This document shows, piece after piece, positions 57,236 through 64,000 of a stretch of DNA of 64,000 nt. Made by a program: the position numbers and the translations under genes. The stretch comes from Candidatus Dormiibacterota bacterium (GTDB lineage Bacteria > Chloroflexota > Dormibacteria > CF-121): NCBI GenBank assembly GCA_036732165.1, contig DAINCX010000001.1, positions 81,053 through 145,052 of the forward strand. Direction: 5' to 3'. The number at the start of each line of letters is the position of its first letter. Positions within the stretch are counted from its first letter, which is position 1. Below the pieces are notes generated by a model, which saw only the letters and a program-made list of their open reading frames with translations, was not told where the DNA came from and did no database searches.

Positions 57236-58260
57236 GGCAGCGTCGCGTACTGCTGCCACATCCGAATCCAGTGGACCAGCAAATCGATGTTCTGATTGAT
57301 CGGCTGCGGCAAGAGTTTTTGAAGACCCCAGGCCGGCATGATCGTCCCCTTGTGCTCCTCACCCTGATTGCCGAAGTAGATGCACCGGTGATAGTAATCG
57401 TCGTTGAAGAATCCGAGCCGGTCCTTGTCATTGAGGGGCGGCCCTTTCCCACCTTCTCCGGTCGCGCCGTGGCACTGGGCACAGCTGTTCTCGTACAACT
57501 GGGGCGCGGTGTCGTAGACGCCGAAGGGGTTCTTCACCAGGTTCGTGTGGGCACCGGCCTGGGTCGTGGCCTGGCGGTTGCCGTTGTGGCAGATGATGCA
57601 ACCCGTCTCGTCGATGCCGAGCCCCTTGTAGGCGCTGGGAATGAAGCCGGTGATCTGGGCCACGACCGGCTTATTGGTCTGGGGGTCGGTCACCACCTTG
57701 CCGTTGGTGTCGAGCACGTAGTACGGCTGGGCCTGGGGGTTCAAACAGGCCGACGCGGTCGTCGCCGCCGGCGTACCGGCAGGACCGCCCGCACTGGCGG
57801 GGCTGGCCGACGGCGAGGGTTTGGCGCTAGCCGCGACCGACGGTTTCGCGCCGGCCGACGCGGACGGCTTGGGCGAGGGACTGGCTACGGTGGTGCTCAC
57901 GACTGGGGCCGGTCGGCAGACCAGGGTGTCCTGCCCGTATTTGGCGAAGACCACGTCGTTGATGACCGAGGGGTGGTTGGGGCCAATCCGCTTGGCCGCC
58001 TCCACCGGGCCGATCTTGGCGATGTCGGGGACGTGGCAGGTGATGCACCGCTCCACGACGAACTGGCTGTTGACCTGCACCTTGGGAAAGAGCTGCTGCA
58101 CGCCGATCGGGAAATCGGCCCCGTACTGCTGCGCGTATTTCTGCTGGATCGGCAGCCACGGACGGTTGAAATCCTGATAGAAGGCGAAGGCCAGCAGGGC
58201 GAGGAACAGCGCGCTGACGACGAGAAAGGCCCGGCCTAGCACGAGGTCCCCGGGGCACAC
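57232..58260 (-). CDS. Membrane-anchored tri-haem c-type cytochrome of the bc complex
   Basis: Three CxxCH motifs are present (CITCH, CIICH, CAQCH), with a Pro/Ser/Ala-rich linker. Confidence 0.78.
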   Translation of the reverse strand: MCPGDLVLGRAFLVVSALFLALLAFAFYQDFNRPWLPIQQKYAQQYGADFPIGVQQLFPKVQVNSQFVVERCITCHVPDIAKIGPVEAAKRIGPNHPSVINDVVFAKYGQDTLVCRPAPVVSTTVASPSPKPSASAGAKPSVAASAKPSPSASPASAGGPAGTPAATTASACLNPQAQPYYVLDTNGKVVTDPQTNKPVVAQITGFIPSAYKGLGIDETGCIICHNGNRQATTQAGAHTNLVKNPFGVYDTAPQLYENSCAQCHGATGEGGKGPPLNDKDRLGFFNDDYYHRCIYFGNQGEEHKGTIMPAWGLQKLLPQPINQNIDLLVHWIRMWQQYATLP

Positions 58261-58673
58261 TGCGGATTACCGAGCACCCAGCCCCAGTCCCAGCTGAACT
58301 CGTGACCGCGGAAGAAGGTGCCGATGATCACCAGCGCGACCACGATGGTCATGTAGAGGGCAAACAGGATGATGGCCAGCTTCCGCTCGGCCGGACGCCG
58401 GCTCGGGTTCCGGTCGAGGAAGGGCACCAGGATCATCAGCACGATGACGAAGGTGGGGAACGCTACGCCGGCCATCAGCGGCGGGAACCGGGAGAGGAGT
58501 TCCTGGAGCCCGAGGAAGTACCAGGGCGCCTTCGACGGGTTGGGCGTCATGCCGGGGTTCGCCTTCCCGAGCAGCGGCGCCTGCAGGAAGATCGAGACCA
58601 GCAGGAGGAAGATCGTCATGGCCACGGCGGCGATGAATTCCTTGAAGACAAACTCGGGGAACGACACGATCAT
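58236..58673 (-). CDS. Cytochrome bc complex subunit IV (cytochrome b C-terminal domain, PetD/QcrC-N-like)
   Basis: The PWYFLGLQELL (PEWY-type) motif and three TM helices are present. The internal start MIVSFPEF was chosen. The track extension to 58826 overlaps the cytochrome b6 gene. Confidence 0.75.
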   Translation of the reverse strand: MIVSFPEFVFKEFIAAVAMTIFLLLVSIFLQAPLLGKANPGMTPNPSKAPWYFLGLQELLSRFPPLMAGVAFPTFVIVLMILVPFLDRNPSRRPAERKLAIILFALYMTIVVALVIIGTFFRGHEFSWDWGWVLGNPQCAPGTSC

Positions 58674-58786
58674 CTCGTCGTCGCTGTCGTCCCGGATCGC
58701 GACGGGGGTGTCGGCGGACCGCTGGCGACGCCGGGCCTCGGCTCGCTCCCGTGCCTCGATGCGTTCTCGCGCGTCGGTAGCCGTGG

Positions 58787-59518
58787 TCAGAGCCCTCCGC
58801 TGAACCCGTCTTTGCGGACGCGCCAAAAATGGATGACCATCAGGAGGAAGCCCGCAAGAGGCAAGCCGACCACATGCAGCACGTAAAAACGCAGCAGGGC
58901 CGCGTCACCAACGATCTTGCCACCCAGCAACAGGTAGCGCGTGTAGGGTCCGGCGATCGGCGCGTACTTGGCCATGTTGGTGCCGACCGTGACGGCCCAG
59001 ATCGAGAGCTGATCCCAGGGCAGCAGGTACCCGGTGAAGCTCAGCAGGAGGGTGATCAGCAATAAGAGGGTCCCAACGCCCCAGTTGAACTCGCGTGGCT
59101 TCTTGTAGGCGCCGGTCAGGAAGACCCGCGCCATGTGCAGCCAGACGGTGATCACCATGGCGTGCGCGGCCCACCGATGCATGTTCCGGATCAGGCCGCC
59201 AAAGGTGACCACGAACTGGAGGTCGCGCATGTCCTGGTAGGCGTGGTTGGTGCTCGGCACGTAATAGAACATCAGGTACAGCCCGGTGACCGTCAGCACA
59301 ATGAAGAGGAAGAAGGACAGGCCGCCAAGGCAGAGCGTGTACGACATCCGGATCCAGGATCGCCGCACCCTGACCGGGTGGATATGCAGGACGAAGTTGG
59401 TAAGCGCCGTCCGGGCCGCGATCTTGTCCGTCAGCGGCAACCCGTGGCGGAATACCGCGCCAACCATCTGCTCGATGACCGAATAGATCTCGTCAACGGC
59501 AGCGCGGATGACCCTCAT
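58787..59518 (-). CDS. qcrB: Cytochrome b6 (split cytochrome b, haem-binding N-terminal domain)
   Basis: His pairs lie in helices B and D ([37 protein letters not shown]). The protein is 243 aa. Confidence 0.9.
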   Translation of the reverse strand: MRVIRAAVDEIYSVIEQMVGAVFRHGLPLTDKIAARTALTNFVLHIHPVRVRRSWIRMSYTLCLGGLSFFLFIVLTVTGLYLMFYYVPSTNHAYQDMRDLQFVVTFGGLIRNMHRWAAHAMVITVWLHMARVFLTGAYKKPREFNWGVGTLLLLITLLLSFTGYLLPWDQLSIWAVTVGTNMAKYAPIAGPYTRYLLLGGKIVGDAALLRFYVLHVVGLPLAGFLLMVIHFWRVRKDGFSGGL

Positions 59519-59531
59519 GAACCCTCCCCGA

Positions 59532-60083
59532 TCAAACCTTCAGGCGGAAACTCCGAGCCACGACGATCGACCGGTCGATGAACAGCTTTCCGTCCCGGGC
59601 GACCTCCACGTGGACGCGGTCCATCGGACGCGGCGCTGGGCCGAAAAAGTTGACCGCGTCCCGATAATACCGGCTGCCGTGACAGGGACACTTGAAGCCC
59701 GGCAGCGCGTTCTGCTGCTGATTCGCCCGTAGCCCGTGGACCCCCTGCGCGATCAGATCGCTGGTGACATCGGGAAAGTACCGGGGCGTGCAGCCGAGAT
59801 GGGTGCAGATCAGGCTGATTGCGTAGAAGCCATCAGGGTCTCGGTTGATGACCACCCGCTTGTCGGTGAGCACGGTCGTGGACCCGACGGCATAGCTGCC
59901 CGGGGCGTCGGCTTTGAACGCGGCCGGATCCTCGTACAGGGCGTTCGGCTGCAGGAATCGGACACTCTGGAAGAGCGCCAGCGCCGAGGCGCCGGCGAAG
60001 GCCAGCCAGCCCGACATGGCGAAGAAGCTGCGCCGCGACATCTGGCGGCTGTCGGTCAGGAGGCGTCGGAGGCCAGCAGCCAT
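59532..60083 (-). CDS. qcrA: Rieske [2Fe-2S] iron-sulfur subunit with Tat signal
   Basis: A twin-arginine motif (RRSFFAM) and the cluster boxes CTHLGC and CPCHGS are present. Confidence 0.9.
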   Translation of the reverse strand: MAAGLRRLLTDSRQMSRRSFFAMSGWLAFAGASALALFQSVRFLQPNALYEDPAAFKADAPGSYAVGSTTVLTDKRVVINRDPDGFYAISLICTHLGCTPRYFPDVTSDLIAQGVHGLRANQQQNALPGFKCPCHGSRYYRDAVNFFGPAPRPMDRVHVEVARDGKLFIDRSIVVARSFRLKV

Positions 60084-60267
60084 TACACGAACGGATTATG
60101 AGCGGGTGGGGTGAAGATCGTGGCGAAGACGATGGTCGAGGCCATGATCACGATGAACAGCACGGCGACGAGCAGGCACCCGAAGTCGGCCTTGATCGCC
60201 TCGATAGCGCCGCGCACGGTGACGAGAATAGCAAAGCAGCCCGGCAGGCAGACATCGGGTCTCCGCC

Positions 60268-62274
60268 CTATCCCCGGGTCAGGGGCCTCAAGCCCGCCCG
60301 GCCCTCGGTCAGGGCCTTGCGCTTGGTGACGTACTCATGGACCAGGGAGACCACCGTGGCGTGACTCCACGTGAGCGGGGAAACCGAGACCGGCGCCTTG
60401 CTATAGGGATCCAGCTGCTCCGACAGCACGCCGCTCGGCATCGCCGAGCTGGCGACCCAGTCCAGGATCTCGCGCGCGCGGGTCAGCTCGTCAGGGCTGG
60501 TGGCTCGAGCAACCAGCCATTGCGCGTACCACATGGTGCAGATGAACCAGGGGTTACCGGGGACGTTGCGGATGTCCTGGCTGACCTGGTAGTAGTAATC
60601 GTTCTCGTAGCGGGCGATGCCGCCCACCTCGGTCTTACACCAGAGTCGATCGTAGACGGCCTGCATGGTGCTGACGACCTGCGGATCGTCGGCCGGCAGC
60701 ATCCCAAAGTAGAAGAGCCCGTAGACGCTCGAGTCGATGGTCAGGTCCTTCGCGGTGGTGCCGTCCGGCCGAATGTAGATCCGGCGGATGAAGCGGTTGA
60801 GTTCGCTGTCGAACAGCCAGGTCGTGGTCGCGACCTTCATCGCCGCGGCGACCTTCCGGTACTTATCGGCCAGCGCCATCTCCCCGTACAGCTGCGCAAA
60901 GTTGCCCGCCGCCTGCAACCCCGCCCAGACCGCCCCCACCGTGAAGCTCATCACGCCTCGACGCTCTTCCCAGAGGTCGTAGCTCGGCTGCGGGAGGCCG
61001 GTGACGGGGTCGACGTATCGCGCCAGGAAGTCGCCGGCCAGGATGATGAGGCCCCGGTAGTAGGTCTTGAAGAACTCGAAGTCCCGATGGCCGTCGTAGT
61101 GCTGCCAGAGCGCATAGAGCACGATCCCGGTCTCGTCCTCCTGGATCGGGTACTGCGGCCGACCCGCGGCATCGACCCAGGGGTGCCAGCTGCTGCCCGG
61201 TTCGCCTGCCGGGGTGTACTTGTGGCGAAAGTACCCATCGGCGGTCACGATCCGGGCGCAGAGCTCGAAGAAGCGTCGCGGCACGTCGAGATAGCCCGCC
61301 TGGTCCATCGCGTAGGCCGCCATCGCGCCATCCCGCGGCCACATGTAGCTGTAGGTGTCGCGCGCGAACTTGATGATCTCCGAATCGTTCGCAGCCAGGA
61401 TCGCACCCCCGTTGTCGACCTGCGTCCGGACGATGAGCAGGCTCCGGCGGTACAGTTCCGCCACCCCGGGCGACAGGTCTGCGAACTCGCGCTCTTCCTT
61501 GTTGACCCAGGCGATCCAGTAGCACCGCGTCCGCTCCAGGAAGGCCTCCGGGGTTCGCAGTGCCACCGCATCCGCTACCGCCTGCAGGCCGATGAGGTCC
61601 TTGGCGGCGATCAGCCAGTGGTAGGCGGTGGCGGACTGCCCCGCGGGGACACGCCCCAGGTGGAGCGCCAGTGTCATGTCGACGGACCCCTGCTCGATCG
61701 GGTTGTTGCCGAGCACGCCGTCCTCCGCGTCGATCCAGGTGCCCCGCGCCCCGCCAACTTCTTTCTTTCCGCAGGCGTAGGCGTCCAGCCCGATCCGGTC
61801 CTGGACCTGGCCACAGGCGGCGAAATAACGCCGGCCCTTGTAGGCGACGAGACCCTTGACCGCCGGGTAGTACATGACGGTGTCGCCGACCTCGGTGCCG
61901 TAGATGTGCCAGTCGTAGTGAAAGAAGAGCCGGATCTCCCGCTCGGAGCCCTCGTTGCGCACCTTGACCCGGCGGATCAACAGGTCGCGCCCCAGGTCGA
62001 CGGTGTCGTTGAACGTCAGGCTGACCTGGAGGTTTGGATGGTGCAGCGTGACGTTGGTGACCAGCGTGTCAGGCTGGTAGACGAGCTGCCGGGTCCACGC
62101 CGGATCGTCCAGCCAGGAGAAGGCGCCATCGGCCCAGACCCCGAAGCGGCACTGTTCGCCGTTCGTGTGGTTCTCCTGCCCGACCCACGGATAGTAGATG
62201 TCGCGGAGCTGGTAGTGGTGATCGAAGTTGATCAGCAGGGCACCGTTGCCGATCGGCAGGTCCCGGGACATTCG
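60268..62274 (-). CDS. Glycoside hydrolase family 15 (glucoamylase/trehalase-like)
   Basis: An N-terminal beta-sandwich is followed by an (alpha/alpha)6 catalytic domain, GH15-like throughout. The internal start MSRDLPIGNG was chosen. Confidence 0.78.
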   Translation of the reverse strand, partial: RMSRDLPIGNGALLINFDHHYQLRDIYYPWVGQENHTNGEQCRFGVWADGAFSWLDDPAWTRQLVYQPDTLVTNVTLHHPNLQVSLTFNDTVDLGRDLLIRRVKVRNEGSEREIRLFFHYDWHIYGTEVGDTVMYYPAVKGLVAYKGRRYFAACGQVQDRIGLDAYACGKKEVGGARGTWIDAEDGVLGNNPIEQGSVDMTLALHLGRVPAGQSATAYHWLIAAKDLIGLQAVADAVALRTPEAFLERTRCYWIAWVNKEEREFADLSPGVAELYRRSLLIVRTQVDNGGAILAANDSEIIKFARDTYSYMWPRDGAMAAYAMDQAGYLDVPRRFFELCARIVTADGYFRHKYTPAGEPGSSWHPWVDAAGRPQYPIQEDETGIVLYALWQHYDGHRDFEFFKTYYRGLIILAGDFLARYVDPVTGLPQPSYDLWEERRGVMSFTVGAVWAGLQAAGNFAQLYGEMALADKYRKVAAAMKVATTTWLFDSELNRFIRRIYIRPDGTTAKDLTIDSSVYGLFYFGMLPADDPQVVSTMQAVYDRLWCKTEVGGIARYENDYYYQVSQDIRNVPGNPWFICTMWYAQWLVARATSPDELTRAREILDWVASSAMPSGVLSEQLDPYSKAPVSVSPLTWSHATVVSLVHEYVTKRKALTEGRAGLRPLTRG

Positions 62275-62329
62275 GAACATTATCCGTTGCGCGCGGCCCG
62301 CATCGCGGCGCCGGGCCCGCATTGGTACG

Positions 62330-62755
62330 ATGCCGGGCGTGGCCGAGGCGGAGTCGGAGCCCGATGTCCTGACCGTTCGGTCACGCCAGCGAGCGGACGC
62401 CCTGGACATCACAGGGCAGGTGCAAGGCGTCGTCGGGCGGAGCCGGATCGAGCGCGGCGTCTGCCACGTCTACGTCCCCCACACCACGGCCGGCGTCTTC
62501 ATCAACGAGAACGCCGACCCTGACGTGTTGCACGATTTCCTGACCAGCCTGGACCAGCTCGTCCCGTGGGTGAAGGCCTACCGGCACGCGGAAGGCAACG
62601 CCGCGGCGCACATCAAGGCCACCCTCATCGGAACCTCACAACAGGTCCCGGTCCGCCAGAGCAAGCTGGCCCTGGGGCGCTGGCAGGGCATCTTCTTGAT
62701 CGAATTCGACGGGCCGCGCGAGCGCCAGGTGCGCATCACGGTCGTCCCCGGCTGA
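62330..62755 (+). CDS. yjbQ: YjbQ-family protein (UPF0047; secondary thiamin-phosphate synthase-like)
   Basis: HTTAGVFINENADPDV and AHIKATLIGTS are present. The internal start MPGVAEAE was chosen. The track start at 62228 would overlap the GH15 start. Confidence 0.78.
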   Translation: MPGVAEAESEPDVLTVRSRQRADALDITGQVQGVVGRSRIERGVCHVYVPHTTAGVFINENADPDVLHDFLTSLDQLVPWVKAYRHAEGNAAAHIKATLIGTSQQVPVRQSKLALGRWQGIFLIEFDGPRERQVRITVVPG

Positions 62756-62892
62756 ACAGGAACCTGTTCCCGCTACGTTTTGGAGCCGCTCCGAGGCATC
62801 GCGACGGGCCCTTAACGGATCGTGACGACCCGTAACTCCGGACGAAATCCCGGTATATACTGGTCAGCCAGATTCTTCGCCCGGGGAGACGC

Positions 62893-63876
62893 ATGCGCAC
62901 CAGCATTAAGTCGGTCGGGACCTATGTCCCCGCCGGGATCCTGACCAACGCCGATCTCGAGAAGATTGTCGAGACCTCGGATACGTGGATCCGTGAGCGG
63001 ACGGGTATTGTCGAGCGCCATATCGCCGCCGTCGATGAGACCTCGACCGACCTGGCGATCGGCGCCGCTCTCGATGCCCTGGCGACGGCCGGTCTGCGCG
63101 CGGAGGACACCGACCTGATCGTCTGCAGCACATCCACGCCCGACACCATCTTTCCATCGGTCGCCTCGCGCGTCCAGGAGCGCCTGGGCGGCCATGGCCC
63201 CGCCTTCGACGTCCAGGCGGCCTGCACCGGCTTTCTCTACGGCCTGAGCATCGCCGATCGGTTCGTCAGCGGGGGCGAGTCCCGGCAGGCGCTCGTGATC
63301 GGGACCGAAACGCTGACCAAGATCTTGAATTTCAAGGACCGCGGGACCTGCGTCGTGTTCGGCGACGGGGCTGGCGCGGTCGTGCTGGGCCCCGGGCGGA
63401 ACGGTGCCGGGATCAAGTCCTGCCTCCTGGGATCGGACGGTACCGGGGGCGACCTGATCTATGTGGCGCCCGGGCCGGACGGCCCCGAGGGACCCGGGCG
63501 GCCCGAGATCCGGATGGACGGTCGTAAGGTCTTCCGTTTTGCGACCGAGATCCTGGCCCAGGCCACGCTCGAGGCCCTGGCCCAGGCGGACGTCCCGCTC
63601 GAGGCGGTCAAGCTGATCGTGCCCCACCAGGCGAATGCCCGCATCATCGAGGCGGCCGGAAAGAAACTGGGTGTGCCGAGCCACGTGATGGCCAACAACA
63701 TCGCGCAGTACGGCAACACCTCCACCGCCTCGATCCCGCTGGCGTTGAAAGAGGCGGTCGCGGCCGGTCGGGTGTCGGAGGGCGACCACATCGTGCTGGT
63801 CGGCTTCGGCGCCGGCCTGACCTGGGGCGCGTGCGTCATCGAGTGGGAGGGGGCGGCCGCCGGGGTGGCGGCCTAG
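62893..63876 (+). CDS. fabH: 3-oxoacyl-[ACP] synthase III
   Basis: The active-site Cys AACTGF, the His/Asn motifs and an N-terminus MRTSIKSVGTYVP are present. The protein is 327 aa. Confidence 0.9.
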   Translation: MRTSIKSVGTYVPAGILTNADLEKIVETSDTWIRERTGIVERHIAAVDETSTDLAIGAALDALATAGLRAEDTDLIVCSTSTPDTIFPSVASRVQERLGGHGPAFDVQAACTGFLYGLSIADRFVSGGESRQALVIGTETLTKILNFKDRGTCVVFGDGAGAVVLGPGRNGAGIKSCLLGSDGTGGDLIYVAPGPDGPEGPGRPEIRMDGRKVFRFATEILAQATLEALAQADVPLEAVKLIVPHQANARIIEAAGKKLGVPSHVMANNIAQYGNTSTASIPLALKEAVAAGRVSEGDHIVLVGFGAGLTWGACVIEWEGAAAGVAA

Positions 63877-64000
63877 CGGTGTTCCGGGCGAAAACTCGGT
63901 ACGTCGCGCTGCCCTCGCCTCGAGCAGGCGTGGGCGAGGAGGTCAACCGGCTCACCTGCGCCAAATGCGACACCGCGCTCGAGCCGGCTCGGTTGACGGC

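Noticed and set aside
1-64000. CRISPR arrays, rRNA genes, intact integrase or recombinase
   Set aside because: No regularly spaced short repeats, no rRNA-like conserved stretches, and no tyrosine or serine recombinase motifs were seen in any frame.

Overview
This is a high-GC (about 68-70%) bacterial chromosomal segment. Most genes are on the minus strand and the window is very gene-dense. The long ORFs in alternative frames are high-GC artefacts; the real genes are listed below. From the left there is a housekeeping block: tig-clpP-clpX-lon with a tRNA-Leu(UAG) directly upstream, then psuG, galT, a tRNA-Arg(ACG) and thpR. Next comes a six-gene minus-strand catabolic operon. It encodes a class-III aminotransferase, an aldehyde dehydrogenase, an alpha/beta hydrolase, an arginase-family ureohydrolase and an FAD oxidase. 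A CvpA-like protein, an orphan ParA-like ATPase with a small co-translated partner ORF, an MsbA-type ABC exporter and hemQ-hemE (coproporphyrin-dependent haem synthesis) follow. The middle of the window holds an MBL hydrolase, GrpB, a FadD-type CoA ligase, a frameshifted DUF503 gene, a HEAT-repeat protein, a Ski2/HelY-like helicase and a uracil-DNA glycosylase superfamily protein. It also holds a multidomain class-III nucleotidyl cyclase with an inverted cyclase C-terminal remnant and a tRNA-3'-end-like fragment beside it. An ABC-2 transporter pair, an APH-like kinase and a low-GC F420-type PPOX-family gene sit just before the accessory region. The most interesting region is about 32.9-43.3 kb. 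A tRNA-Arg(CCG) gene is followed, on its 3' side, by two roughly 50-bp imperfect direct repeats that share a core with the tRNA 3' end. They delimit two accessory segments. The first carries YbjQ, an SRPBCC protein and an orphan two-haem cytochrome b. It also carries an unusual subunit-IV-like partner with a large periplasmic insertion, a two-domain cupredoxin lipoprotein, a CopC/CopD fusion and a DevR/DevS-like two-component pair with a tandem-GAF kinase. The second carries DUF1801, a truncated frameshifted IS256-family transposase remnant and a low-GC stretch. The right end encodes an xseAB-dGTPase block, birA and a complete aerobic respiratory supercluster. This comprises a Rieske / split cytochrome b6 / subunit IV / tri-haem cytochrome c complex and small co-translated membrane ORFs, one pair separated by an in-frame TGA. 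It also includes COX subunit II with a fused blue-copper domain, COX I, a fused CtaA-CtaB haem A synthase / haem O synthase and an amicyanin-like lipoprotein. GH15, yjbQ and fabH close the window. No rRNA, CRISPR array or intact integrase or transposase was seen. The gene content (F420-type enzyme, HemQ, split b6-type cytochrome b, lipobox cupredoxins) suggests a Chloroflexota/Actinomycetota-like high-GC lineage, but this cannot be resolved from the sequence alone.
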